Made by a program: the position numbers and the translations under genes. DNA of 64,000 nt, taken from Leptospiraceae bacterium. Its GTDB lineage: Bacteria > Spirochaetota > Leptospiria > Leptospirales > Leptonemataceae. This document shows positions 52,912 through 62,931 of this stretch, piece by piece. The notes below the pieces were generated by a model. That model searched no databases. It was given only the letters and a program-made list of their open reading frames with translations, and was not told the origin of the DNA. Position 1 is the stretch's first letter. Every line of letters starts with the position of its first letter. Where the stretch lies: the NCBI GenBank assembly GCA_040217195.1, contig JAVJNR010000004.1:384001-448000 (forward strand), in the 5' to 3' direction.

Positions 52912-54090
52912 ATGCGAATCCTAATAGCACCTGATAAATTCAAAGGAAGCCTTTCTGCAAAAGAAGTGGCCATAGCCATTCAGGATGGACTGCAAAAAGC
53001 AAATACCGGTAGACCGAAAGCTCTGGAAATAACTATGCAGCCCATTGGTGATGGCGGTGAGGGAACCATGAATGCCATCTGTGAAGGCAATTCGCACTGC
53101 GAAAGTCAGCTGGCAAAGCTACATGATGCACGGGGCCGGTTAATTGAGGCTCAATTCTTTATCTGCAATTTCGATGAAAAACAGGAGGCCTATCTGGAAA
53201 TGGCCTCCGCCAGCGGATTGGCCATGCTTTCGCCAGCTGAGCGCAATCCGGAGCATTCCACAAGCTATGGCACAGGAGAATTGATCTTCCATGCACATGC
53301 GGCCGGTGCAAGGGAAATCTACGTTGGTCTGGGAGGCTCGGCCACCATTGATGCAGGGGCCGGAATGCTGCAGGCCCTGGGTTTTGAATTCTACACCGAT
53401 TCAGGAACTATGGATTTGCAGGAAGCGGTGACATCCGGTGAACTGAATCTGGCTGAAGCCCTGGAAAAAGTACGCAAAATTCGGATCTCTCAGGCGGCCC
53501 GGGATCTCCAGAGACTGACTCAATTGCATATTGTGGCCGATGTACAATCTCCTCTGCACGGTCCATTCGGTGCCATAGAACAATTCGGCGCTCAAAAAGG
53601 TCTGGTGCGAGAAAGCTTTCCCAGATACAGAAAGGCGCTGGAGCATTTTGCCCGGGTATGCGAAACAAGTCTAAACTATTCTACAGGCAGTCTGAGTAAC
53701 CAGGCAGGTTCGGGAGCGGCCGGCGGACTGGGTTTCGCTCTGCTTTTGCTCAATGCCCGGATTCATCCTGGATTTGAGTTTTTCGCACAAAAGACTGAGC
53801 TGGAAGACATTTTGAATGTAGATCTAGTAATCACCGGAGAAGGAAAGATGGATGCCACCAGCCTGGCAGGAAAAGGACCGGGTGCCCTGGCTAGGATGTG
53901 TGCGGATCGCGGAATTCCCTGCATTGCCGTATGCGGAAAGCTGGAAAATGAAAGAGAACTGAAAGAGTCCGGCCTTTTTAAAGAAATTCTGGAAATCAGT
54001 AGCGGCCTGGACGAAAGGGAGTCTATGGCAAAAGCTGATTCACTCATTTCTGCAGCTATTGTTCAGTTCATGGAATTTGGCCTGAAATAA
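52912..54090 (+). CDS. glxK: Glycerate kinase (GlxK/GarK family)
   Basis: APDKFKGSL, DGGEGT, GLGGSAT, GAAGG, ITGEG. Confidence 0.93.
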   Translation: MRILIAPDKFKGSLSAKEVAIAIQDGLQKANTGRPKALEITMQPIGDGGEGTMNAICEGNSHCESQLAKLHDARGRLIEAQFFICNFDEKQEAYLEMASASGLAMLSPAERNPEHSTSYGTGELIFHAHAAGAREIYVGLGGSATIDAGAGMLQALGFEFYTDSGTMDLQEAVTSGELNLAEALEKVRKIRISQAARDLQRLTQLHIVADVQSPLHGPFGAIEQFGAQKGLVRESFPRYRKALEHFARVCETSLNYSTGSLSNQAGSGAAGGLGFALLLLNARIHPGFEFFAQKTELEDILNVDLVITGEGKMDATSLAGKGPGALARMCADRGIPCIAVCGKLENERELKESGLFKEILEISSGLDERESMAKADSLISAAIVQFMEFGLK

Positions 54091-54184
54091 TGCGGATTCA
54101 GTCATGCGTCCGCAAGTAGGTACTCCCGGAGACCTCCTGATTCATACCAACGGCCAATGCGATGAATCTCTAATCAATGCGGAT

Positions 54185-54214
54185 GCCCCCGGACATTCTG
54201 GAAATGCCCGGGGC
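54185..54214. terminator. GC-rich hairpin between convergent genes
   Basis: GCCCCCGGACATT...AATGCCCGGGGC imperfect inverted repeat. Confidence 0.5.
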
Positions 54215-54234
54215 AACTTCTAAATGATCTGCGC

Positions 54235-54666
54235 CTAACGCTTAATCTCGTAGATCAGCGAACCTTTCTCCTTTTTACCATCCAGAGTACATTCAATAAA
54301 AAGGTTGAGTCTTCGCGTAGTGGAAGGAACATCAATCGAGCCAGAATACCCGTCACCTTTTTTGCTCAGGACTACGGGCTTCTTTCCTGCCCCGGGTATC
54401 TGGTATTCCAGCGAAACACCGGTTGCATCTTCAGCCACATGTTTTACATCTTTCTCCAGGATATATACCATCACCTGATTTCCAGTTATGACCGCTTCAC
54501 CGTAATGATGCGTTAACCTGGTATATTCACCACCATGAGGGCCCACCGGCGGCATTTGCCCTGGTGCTTCATGCCCTTCTTCATGGGCTGCCACAGAAAC
54601 AAAAGATAGTGTGAGTGCCGCCAAAATGGCCAGCTTCCATCTATTTCTATTCTTAACTCGTTTCAT
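54235..54666 (-). CDS. Periplasmic putative metal-binding protein (GPHGG motif)
   Basis: Signal peptide, AHEEGH...GPHGG...HH; SD AAGGAG; last gene of the RND operon. Confidence 0.7.
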   Translation of the reverse strand: MKRVKNRNRWKLAILAALTLSFVSVAAHEEGHEAPGQMPPVGPHGGEYTRLTHHYGEAVITGNQVMVYILEKDVKHVAEDATGVSLEYQIPGAGKKPVVLSKKGDGYSGSIDVPSTTRRLNLFIECTLDGKKEKGSLIYEIKR

Positions 54667-54730
54667 CTAATTCTCCTTCTATATTTGATTCTAAATCTAT
54701 TCGTTTGGTTCAATATGATTCCCTGAATTC

Positions 54731-56179
54731 CTACTCTTCAATGTCCCCATTTACTTCTTCATCCGAATTCTGAACCTCTTTTTCATCCTGATCTGTAACT
54801 TGCAAATCTTGAGTATAGGAACGTAGGAGATGTACTTCTAGAAGTAGCAACTGCCATTCAAATAGTCTTTCAACTTCTTGCATCTGAAGCTCCCCGAATG
54901 TATCGATTGAAGCGATCATGTCTGCAGGGCTTTTCTGGCCGTTTCGAAAATCTCCATACGCAATATTCACTGCTCGACGAGCCTGGGCTATCAACTGGCT
55001 CAGAGATCTGATACGGCTCCTGTGGCGATCCATGGCTGCATTCTTTTCATGAATGGAGCTCTTCAATCCCAGCAAGGCCTGCTCCCATTCCAGACGCCGA
55101 GCCTCAATTCGGCCCTTTCTGGCTTTCAGTGCAGAACTGCGATCCCCGGAACCGAATACAGGTATCCTGAAGCGAATCTGGGCCCCGGCCTCCGGTTTTT
55201 CCGGAGTGATCGCATCCAGTGCAGGGCCGTAGCCCCCATAGAGGCGAAGCGAAAGGTCCATACCGTAGATTTCCTTCCGGGCCAGTTCTTCCTCTTCCTG
55301 GAAGTATCGATTGGCCAGATTAAATCCAGAAAATAGAGGATGCTCTTCCAGGGATACGTAGCTGGCCTCATTGCCATTCACAGGATTGGAAAATCTTAAC
55401 GGGACCGGCTCCGGCACTGAGTCCTCCTGGGATAATCCAGCCTGTAACCTAAGCTGTTCGCGCAGGGAGCCCATGGCCGTGATAATGTCCTGAATTTCGG
55501 AGCGAAGATCGGCCCGTCGAATGCGTACGTTCACTAGATCTGAGTAGGAAGCTGTCCCAATTCTAAGACGGGGGCCCAGTAACGCTTCCAGCTGTCCGTA
55601 TTCTCGCAGAAGACTCCGTCGCACTTCCAGGGTGCTTTCAAGTCTGCATATCCGTAAATAGAGAAGACCCAGGCTTTTTCCCTGGTCCACTTTTCTCATT
55701 ATCGACTGGACCTGTATGCGTTTTTCATTCAGTCGCGTAAGCTTTGCTCGACTTTCTCGCTTCCCTCCATCCCAGAGAGTCCAGTCAGCCACCAGTCGGG
55801 CCAGTGGCCCCGTTCTGCTTTCCTGGGCATTGGCTGCCCCTCCATAGCCTGCCTCCCCGTAAATGTCGGGTAGATACCAAACAGGCAGGGATTCCAGCTC
55901 ATCTTCCGCGGCCTGAATCTGCACGGGAGCGATTCGCATGCCGGGAGAGTTCTTCAAAGCCTTCTGAAAATACAGCGACAATCCTCTGGATAGACTGGTT
56001 TCCGATTTCGTCTCGTGCGACGGCCGAATTTCCTCCGAGCCAGGAGCTGGACTTGCAGGAAGAAGCACTAGAAATAGCACCAATACTTGAAGTGTATTCT
56101 TCCAGGCTCGGATGGCCTCCGGAAAGGACTCGGTTTGGTGCAATTCCACCGGACAACTGCTTTTAAACGTCGGATTCAT
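54731..56179 (-). CDS. TolC/CzcC family outer-membrane efflux protein
   Basis: ALKNSP, YLPDI, WTLWDGG, FRIPVF; follows the RND gene; SD GGAGG before ATG 56179. Confidence 0.85.
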   Translation of the reverse strand: MNPTFKSSCPVELHQTESFPEAIRAWKNTLQVLVLFLVLLPASPAPGSEEIRPSHETKSETSLSRGLSLYFQKALKNSPGMRIAPVQIQAAEDELESLPVWYLPDIYGEAGYGGAANAQESRTGPLARLVADWTLWDGGKRESRAKLTRLNEKRIQVQSIMRKVDQGKSLGLLYLRICRLESTLEVRRSLLREYGQLEALLGPRLRIGTASYSDLVNVRIRRADLRSEIQDIITAMGSLREQLRLQAGLSQEDSVPEPVPLRFSNPVNGNEASYVSLEEHPLFSGFNLANRYFQEEEELARKEIYGMDLSLRLYGGYGPALDAITPEKPEAGAQIRFRIPVFGSGDRSSALKARKGRIEARRLEWEQALLGLKSSIHEKNAAMDRHRSRIRSLSQLIAQARRAVNIAYGDFRNGQKSPADMIASIDTFGELQMQEVERLFEWQLLLLEVHLLRSYTQDLQVTDQDEKEVQNSDEEVNGDIEE

Positions 56180-59100
56180 TGGTCTGCCTCCCTGCCAGCG
56201 GATGAAAGCGTTGGCCAATCTGAAAATAGAGTACCGGAGTAATCAGAATATCCAGAGCTGTTGAGGTAATCAGACCTCCGGTTATGACAATCGCCACAGG
56301 AAACAGGATCTCCTTGCCGGCCGCATCTGGACCGGTTAACAAAACCGGAGCCAATGCCAGTATTGCTGTACCTGCTGTCATGAGCATGGGAACCAGCCTT
56401 TCAAGGGCACCGCGAAGGATCATTTCCTCTGTCAGATCTTCTCCTTCCTGTACCATCAAATGTTCAAAGTGCGAAAGCATCAGAATTCCATTTCGTGCCG
56501 CAATACCGGTGAGAGCTACGAAGCCAACCATGCTGGCAAGTGTGAGACTAGATCCAGTAATTAGCAGTGCTAGCAAGCCGCCCACCGCAGCCACCGGCAG
56601 ATTAAGCAGGATTTGAGCTGTTAGAATCCATGAACGGAAATGGGCATATACGATCAGAGAAATCAGAATCAAGGAGGCAAGCGCCAGAAGCAAAAGACGT
56701 CGGCTGGACTCCTGCGCTACTGTATACCGTCCCGCCAGTTCATATCTGGCATTACTCCAATCCATGGATTCAAGCTCCTGCTCCGTCTGTGCCACCACAT
56801 CTTCCAGGGGACGGTCCTGAACATTGAATTGGACTACCATGGCTCGTTCTCCCTGCTCCCGGGGAATCTCATAGGGTCCGCTGGAGGTATACACATCCGC
56901 CACCTGTTCCAGACGAACGGCCGATCCATCCGGTCTATGTCTGAGGGTGATTCTCTTTAGGGCCTCTGCTTCCAGGTCCGACTCTTCCAATCGAATCCGC
57001 ACCGGAAAAAATTTCTCTTCCTCTCGCACGGTTCCCACCTGGCGGCCCAGCTGAGCGATCTGTAGAGTCTCGATAATGTCTGGCGCTGCCATTCCATTCT
57101 GTCCGGCTTTTGCATGCTGAATGATAGTTTTCAGTTCCGGTGCCATACTCATGGCTTCGGCCCTTACATCCACAGCGCCAGGGATGGTCTTGATCAATTC
57201 ATTAACCTGATAGGTACGGTACTGTAGCGAACGAAGATCTGTGGCAAAGACTCGCACTGCAAGCTGGGATCGAATACCAGAAAGTAAATGGTCCAGTCGA
57301 TGGGAGATCGGCTGTCCGAATCCTACGTTAATTCCCTCGATCTCTTCAAATTGCTTTCGTAACTCGGATTCCAGTGCATGCCGACTTTCTCCTGATAAAC
57401 CAGGTTTTAATCCAACATCGAATTCGCTATAATGCACCCCTTCTGCATGCTCATCCCCTTCTGCCCGTCCAGTGCGACGTGCAAAATGAGTTATCTCATC
57501 GTACCGTGATAGAACGGCCTCAATCTTCATTGCTTTTTCGGCAGAGGCACGAAGTGAGTTTCCGGGAGTGGAAATAACTTCCAGAGTCATGGTTCCTTCA
57601 TTGAATTCCGGCAGAAAATTCAATGGAAGAATCAAAAAAGCAATCAGTCCGGCACCCAGCATCACAGATGCGAAGAGAAAGGAGACCCCGGGCCGGCTTA
57701 AAAGTTTCTTAAGGTTGCTTTGCTGCCAGGATTTTAGCCTTCGAACCAGCATGCTTTCTTTTTGTGCGAATTTATATTTGCCCAGAAGTAAATAGGCGAG
57801 CACCGGAGTTACAGTCAAAGCAACAACCAGAGAAGCGGCGATGGCTACAATGTATGCAATTACCAGCGGTTGAAAGAGCCTTCCCTCCACTCCTTCCATA
57901 AATAGAAACGGGATAAAAACCAGGATGACCGTTGCAGTCGCCAGCACTATGCTGTTTCGAATCTCCGAGCTGGCATTATAAATCACACCGAGCGAAGATT
58001 CCGGAGATCCTGCCGCTTGATTTTCCCGCAACCGGCGAAAGCAGTTCTCCACGTCCACCACGGCATCGTCCACCAGCTCACCAATGGCCACCGCAAGACC
58101 GCCCAGAGTCATGGTATTAATTTGCAAACCCAGGAATTGAAGAAGCAGCACAGCGCTCAATAGAGAAAGAGGCAGTGCCAGTACTGTGATAATCGTGGTG
58201 CGAACATTCCATAGAAACAGGATCAAAATCAGTATCACTATGATGGAGCCGTCCCGGATTGCTTCGGATACATTTTCTATAGCAGTTTCTATAAAGCCGG
58301 CCTGCAGAAATAGCTCCGGATGGATCTGGATCTCTCCTTCAACATCCTTCTGTAGATCGTTGAGTTCCTCCTGGATTGCACGAGTCAGATCCAGAGTCGA
58401 CGCCCCAGGCTGCTTCTGAACTGCAATGATGACACCCTGCTGGCCGGAAATCCCGGCATCCCCTCTAGGTGGCAGATGGCCTGACTTTACAGTGGCCACG
58501 TCCTTAAGTTGTACTGGCCGACCGGCTTTGAATCCGATCAGGGCACTTGCAATTTCATCGGCGGAGAAGATCTCTGCCTGATTGCGAAATGCTACCTGCT
58601 CATCCTCCTTTTCGAAGAATCCTCCGCCAGAAACTTCACCCACTGGATCCAGTCTGCGGGACACTTCAATGAGAGAAAGATTGGATCGCGTCAGACGATC
58701 TTCATTTACCAGTATATCATATGTGCGAGCTTCGCCACCCAGGGCTGTCACAGAAGAAACGCCGGGAATGGCCAGTAGCCTTTTTCGCACATCCCAGTCT
58801 GCAAACGTTCGCAGGGTAGCCAGATCTGCTTGCGATTCCGGAGCAGCGGTCAGCCCGATGAGCATGATTTCGCCCATTACGGAACTGATGGGCCCCAGAT
58901 GCACCTCCACATCGCCGGACAATTCCAACCGGGCCCCGTCCAGCTTTTCATTTACAATCTGCCTGGCCCGGTATATATCCATATCCCAGGGAAATTCCAG
59001 ACGGATCTTCGCTACTCCTCGACGACTGGAACTTCGAATTCCCTCCACTCCAGGGGCACCCATCAGGGCTCGTTCCAGGGGAAGGACAACCTTTCGCTCC

Positions 59101-59324
59101 AGATCCTCGGCCGCCATGCCGGGAGCTTCCACGAGCACGGTGACGACCGGACGATTCAAATCAGGAAATACGTCGATAGAAAGTTCACTGCTACGAATCA
59201 ATCCCGCAGCCAGAACAAGTAATGCAAGCACCAGAACCGTACCTCGGTTCTTTAATGACATTTTGATAATGCGGTCCAGTAGCCCCGGAGCGGAGCCGCT
59301 ATGCGCCTGATAATTTTTTTTCAA
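56163..59324 (-). CDS. CusA/CzcA family heavy-metal RND efflux permease
   Basis: IDVFPDL, GLAVAIGELVDDAVVDVEN, FLPEFNEG, GIAARNG, ERLVPMLMT; TTG 59324 has SD GAGGAGG 5 nt upstream. Confidence 0.93.
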   Translation of the reverse strand: MKKNYQAHSGSAPGLLDRIIKMSLKNRGTVLVLALLVLAAGLIRSSELSIDVFPDLNRPVVTVLVEAPGMAAEDLERKVVLPLERALMGAPGVEGIRSSSRRGVAKIRLEFPWDMDIYRARQIVNEKLDGARLELSGDVEVHLGPISSVMGEIMLIGLTAAPESQADLATLRTFADWDVRKRLLAIPGVSSVTALGGEARTYDILVNEDRLTRSNLSLIEVSRRLDPVGEVSGGGFFEKEDEQVAFRNQAEIFSADEIASALIGFKAGRPVQLKDVATVKSGHLPPRGDAGISGQQGVIIAVQKQPGASTLDLTRAIQEELNDLQKDVEGEIQIHPELFLQAGFIETAIENVSEAIRDGSIIVILILILFLWNVRTTIITVLALPLSLLSAVLLLQFLGLQINTMTLGGLAVAIGELVDDAVVDVENCFRRLRENQAAGSPESSLGVIYNASSEIRNSIVLATATVILVFIPFLFMEGVEGRLFQPLVIAYIVAIAASLVVALTVTPVLAYLLLGKYKFAQKESMLVRRLKSWQQSNLKKLLSRPGVSFLFASVMLGAGLIAFLILPLNFLPEFNEGTMTLEVISTPGNSLRASAEKAMKIEAVLSRYDEITHFARRTGRAEGDEHAEGVHYSEFDVGLKPGLSGESRHALESELRKQFEEIEGINVGFGQPISHRLDHLLSGIRSQLAVRVFATDLRSLQYRTYQVNELIKTIPGAVDVRAEAMSMAPELKTIIQHAKAGQNGMAAPDIIETLQIAQLGRQVGTVREEEKFFPVRIRLEESDLEAEALKRITLRHRPDGSAVRLEQVADVYTSSGPYEIPREQGERAMVVQFNVQDRPLEDVVAQTEQELESMDWSNARYELAGRYTVAQESSRRLLLLALASLILISLIVYAHFRSWILTAQILLNLPVAAVGGLLALLITGSSLTLASMVGFVALTGIAARNGILMLSHFEHLMVQEGEDLTEEMILRGALERLVPMLMTAGTAILALAPVLLTGPDAAGKEILFPVAIVITGGLITSTALDILITPVLYFQIGQRFHPLAGRQTNESDV

Positions 59325-59329
59325 TGATT

Positions 59330-59399
59330 CCTCCTCGTTACATGCAATGAGAGACCGGGCCATTGAAAGGCTCGGTTCAGGACTCTAGCAACGAGGAGG
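59330..59399 (-). promoter_or_regulatory. SD-sequestering mRNA hairpin linking the leader ORF to the RND gene
   Basis: mRNA CCUCCUCGUUGC (59399-59388) pairs with GUAACGAGGAGG (59341-59330); inner stem ACCGAGCC/GGCCCGGU. Confidence 0.75.
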
Positions 59400-59948
59400 C
59401 GGAATTCGAAACGGAATGAGGCCGGAAGCAATATCCGAAGGAGAAAAGCCACGGGTCAAAAATCGATTCGGAGGCCGCGAAATTAATTCTCCGGATCCAG
59501 GATCCAGTGGGTGGTAAGATAGGAGACCGAAATGGGACGGAATCTTTATTCGAAAATCCGCTTCCTGGAATGCTGGCAAAGCATCCTGCTCGAACAATGT
59601 GAAGAAAGTAAAAAAGGGAATAGACCCATGGTCTGCTGGTCCAGCGTTCTGCCCGGGCACCGGCTCAATAGCAGCATCGCATCCTGCTTTCCAGGAATTG
59701 GCCACAGGAGCAGTCCGATCCGAGGATCTCTTTACGGCATGGTGACCATGGCTGTGCTCCGTATGCGAATGTAGGTGTGCCGAATGTCCCCTGGATGATG
59801 CAAATTTTTCCAGAATCCCATCATGGAAATGAACATAGCTTCCCTGCAACCCCTCATGGGAATGTTGACCCAGCACCGGGCCGCTCAGCTGAAGTAACAA
59901 TCCCTGAATAAGCAGGACTGCAGCAACTATGTGGATTCTAGATCTCAT
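59385..59948 (-). CDS. Secreted His-rich leader protein ending in RIPPPRC; candidate RAPP-like arrest peptide
   Basis: Hydrophobic signal, HSH/HFH/HSAHLHSHTEHSHGHH, C-terminal FRIPPPRC; directly upstream of the RND gene. Confidence 0.7.
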   Translation of the reverse strand: MRSRIHIVAAVLLIQGLLLQLSGPVLGQHSHEGLQGSYVHFHDGILEKFASSRGHSAHLHSHTEHSHGHHAVKRSSDRTAPVANSWKAGCDAAIEPVPGQNAGPADHGSIPFFTFFTLFEQDALPAFQEADFRIKIPSHFGLLSYHPLDPGSGELISRPPNRFLTRGFSPSDIASGLIPFRIPPPRC

Positions 59949-60009
59949 TTGGATTCAGAACTAAGAAAATTTCTCCAGGACGTTGAGCGGTTTCACAGAT
60001 CGTTTTAAT

Positions 60010-60042
60010 GCTCCGATAGAACCGTCGGCCCTCTATCGGAGC
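60010..60042. terminator. Inverted repeat after gltA (terminator or operator)
   Basis: GCTCCGATAGA-11 nt-TCTATCGGAGC perfect 11-bp arms; no U-tract on the minus strand. Confidence 0.5.
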
Positions 60043-60054
60043 GCCGGGAAAGAA

Positions 60055-61344
60055 TTAGCCCCGGTTTTCCATGGGCACATAGGTTCTTCGCGCTGGACCG
60101 GTATAGATCTGACGCGGACGGCCAATCTTGCTACCTGGATCCTCAATCATTTCCTTCCATTGAGCAATCCAGCCTGGCATTCTACCCAGAGCAAACATTA
60201 CTGTGAACATCTCTGTGGGAATGCCCATCGCTCGATAAATCAGACCAGAGTAAAAGTCCACATTGGGATACAGTTTTCTTTCTGCGAAATAGGGATCGCT
60301 TAGAGCTGTTTCTTCAAGTTTGATTGCGATTTCCAGATACGGATCATGCACTCCTAGCTGATTGAGTACTTCATCCGCAGCCTTCTTGATAATTCTGGCC
60401 CTTGGATCAAAGTTCTTATAAACTCGGTGACCAAATCCCATGAGTCGGAATGTAGAATTCTTGTCTTTTGCCAGGTTGATAAACTTGGCCACATCTCCAC
60501 CATCCTCATGGATGGTCTGCAGCATTTCGATTACTTTCTGATTGGCTCCTCCATGCAATGGCCCCCAGAGTGCGCAGACTCCGCTGGACATGGTGGCAAA
60601 GATATTGGCCCGGCTGGAACCTACCAGACGTACCGTGGAAGCAGAACAGTTCTGCTCATGGTCCGCATGCAGAATAAGCAGCATATCCAGAGCTTTCTCA
60701 ATGACTGGATTTACATGATAATCCTCGGCAGGAACCGAAAACATCATGTTTAGAAAGTTGGCCACATAACTTAAAGAGTTCCGCGGATAAATAAAGGGCT
60801 GCCCTATGGATTTTTTGAATGAATAGGCAGCAATGGTGGGCGTTTTGGCCAGCAGCCGAATAATGGAAATCTCTCGGTGACGAGGATTCAAAGGATCTGA
60901 AGAATCCGTATAATAACCGGATAGAGTGCAGATCATAGAGCTCAGGATGGCCATGGGATGGGAATCCTTGGGAAAGCCATCATAGAGCCTCTTCAGATCT
61001 TCATGGATCATAGTATGTCTTGTGACATTAAAAACGAAGTCGTCAAATTGCTCTTTGGTGGGAAGCTCACCGTATATTAGAAGATAGGACACTTCCAGGA
61101 AGCTGGATTTTTCTGCGAGCTCCTCTATGGAGTAACCTCTGTAATGGAGAACTCCTGCCTCTCCGTCGATGAATGTAATCTTACTCTGGCAGGACCCGGT
61201 ATTTAAGAAAGCCTCATCCATGGTGATGGCTCCGGTGGTGCCCCGCAATTTAGATATATCTATTGCTTTTTCATTTTCCGTTCCGGTAATAACCGGCACT
61301 TCCAGTTCCTGACCATCGTACAAAATCTTAGCTGTTTCTGACAT
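60055..61344 (-). CDS. gltA: Citrate synthase (type II)
   Basis: LHADHEQN, GPLHGGAN, GFGHRVY, PNVDF, RPRQ; start at MSETAK. Confidence 0.97.
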   Translation of the reverse strand: MSETAKILYDGQELEVPVITGTENEKAIDISKLRGTTGAITMDEAFLNTGSCQSKITFIDGEAGVLHYRGYSIEELAEKSSFLEVSYLLIYGELPTKEQFDDFVFNVTRHTMIHEDLKRLYDGFPKDSHPMAILSSMICTLSGYYTDSSDPLNPRHREISIIRLLAKTPTIAAYSFKKSIGQPFIYPRNSLSYVANFLNMMFSVPAEDYHVNPVIEKALDMLLILHADHEQNCSASTVRLVGSSRANIFATMSSGVCALWGPLHGGANQKVIEMLQTIHEDGGDVAKFINLAKDKNSTFRLMGFGHRVYKNFDPRARIIKKAADEVLNQLGVHDPYLEIAIKLEETALSDPYFAERKLYPNVDFYSGLIYRAMGIPTEMFTVMFALGRMPGWIAQWKEMIEDPGSKIGRPRQIYTGPARRTYVPMENRG

Positions 61345-61416
61345 GCATTCCCTCTGCAGCCAGAGAAAACGATTTGCCATCGTTCCTACAAGAAAAAAAT
61401 TCACGGCACTGCCCCC

Positions 61417-62814
61417 ATGCTGTTCAATACTCTGGACTTTGTTGCCTTTCTGGCCTGTACGTTTGCCCTGTTTCTAATATTACCCCGGTGGCGAAGGCAT
61501 GTGGTTCTGATTGCCTCCTTGATTTTCTACGGAAGCTACAACTGGGGCATTCTGGTTCTGCTGCTGCTTACTGTGGCTGCGAATTTTTTTGGGGCACAAA
61601 GGATTGCAAAAAGTGCCGGTTCCAGGGGCGGTAAATTCATACTGGCGGGCTGTGTATCTCTGAATATGGCCTTTCTGGGCTTCTTCAAATACACGAATAT
61701 GTTACTTTACTGGGCCGGTTTGGCTGTGCTGGACCAACCCCTGGAAGCGCCATTCACCATATTGTTACCGGTAGGGATCAGTTTTTACACCTTTCAGGTT
61801 ACATCCTATGTTGTGGATGTTTATCGGGGTCTAATTCAGCCGGAAAGGCGATACAGCAAACTTGTACTTTTCACTGTTTATTTTCCGCAACTGGTAGCTG
61901 GCCCTATTGAACGTGCCGGCCGGCTATTACCTGAGCTGGATTTTAAAGGTAATATCCCCACCAGCATGATCTGGCAGGGGCTTCTACTCTGCCTCTGGGG
62001 GTTTTTTAAAAAGGTCTATGTTGCGGATAACCTCTCCCCTCTGGTAGACTATATTCTGGCCGTTGAAGATCCGCCCACCGGGGCCATGTTGTTTGCCACT
62101 ATACTGTTTCCGCTACAACTCTATGCAGACTTCACCGGTTACACTGATATAGCTCGTGGACTTTCCAGAATGATGGGCGTGGAGCTTTCCTTGAATTTTT
62201 TTCATCCGTTTCTTTCCACGAACCACATTGAGTTCTGGCGGCGATGGCACATTACCCTGGGAGCCTTCTTAAGAGACTATCTGTACATTCCGCTCGGCGG
62301 TAGCCGTGTTGGGCCATTGCGATCCATGGTAAACATAATGATTGTCTGGGCTCTGGGCGGCCTCTGGCATGGAGCCACGGCCGGCTACTTTATCTGGGGA
62401 TTGTACTGCGGTCTTATGGTCGCTATCACCGGTGCATTGCTTCCCATCATTGGTCGCTGGGAAGGCCAAAGCCAAGCAAGGAAATTCACACTGACCATTG
62501 CAGGGCGTCTGTTCACATTTCTTACTTTTTCTCTGGGACTTCTCATTCTAAGAGCACCGGATGCAGAAAGACTGGTTACGATGCTGGGAGAGCTCACTGT
62601 CCTTCAGGGACCAGCCATGAACCTGGATTACATCTGGCTCAGCCTTCTTTTTCTGGTGCCTCTAGCATTATTCGAGCTCTGGAGAATTTTTAAAAAAGAA
62701 GAGGAGCCCTGGGCTAGTTCATGGTTGGCCTATCCATCCGCTTTCATCTGGTTTCTGATGATCTGGGCCGCTGGCCGCTTTGAAGCCCGGGAGTTCTTCT
62801 ACTTTCAATTCTAG
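61417..62814 (+). CDS. MBOAT O-acyltransferase (AlgI/DltB-like)
   Basis: PVGISFYTFQ, FPQLVAGPIER, FWRRWHITL, GLWHG, FYFQF terminus. Confidence 0.92.
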   Translation: MLFNTLDFVAFLACTFALFLILPRWRRHVVLIASLIFYGSYNWGILVLLLLTVAANFFGAQRIAKSAGSRGGKFILAGCVSLNMAFLGFFKYTNMLLYWAGLAVLDQPLEAPFTILLPVGISFYTFQVTSYVVDVYRGLIQPERRYSKLVLFTVYFPQLVAGPIERAGRLLPELDFKGNIPTSMIWQGLLLCLWGFFKKVYVADNLSPLVDYILAVEDPPTGAMLFATILFPLQLYADFTGYTDIARGLSRMMGVELSLNFFHPFLSTNHIEFWRRWHITLGAFLRDYLYIPLGGSRVGPLRSMVNIMIVWALGGLWHGATAGYFIWGLYCGLMVAITGALLPIIGRWEGQSQARKFTLTIAGRLFTFLTFSLGLLILRAPDAERLVTMLGELTVLQGPAMNLDYIWLSLLFLVPLALFELWRIFKKEEEPWASSWLAYPSAFIWFLMIWAAGRFEAREFFYFQF

Positions 62815-62931
62815 GCCAGGCCGATTGCAGTTCCGTCCAGCACAAACCCTCCGCCGGACTCAGTCCCAAGCCCTCTGGCTCAGGAATAACGACTCAACGT
62901 CAAAACCTGAAGGTCCAATCTCTAAGTCTGA

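Noticed and set aside
58582..59310. Long antisense ORFs (e.g. 242 aa opposite the RND gene; 202 aa opposite the MFS gene)
   Set aside because: Antisense shadows of well-supported genes, with Ser/Arg-rich, non-protein-like composition.
59314..59321. A8 tract right after the RND start as a phase-variation site
   Set aside because: Short, and A-rich Lys codons after start codons are common; no frameshift is present.
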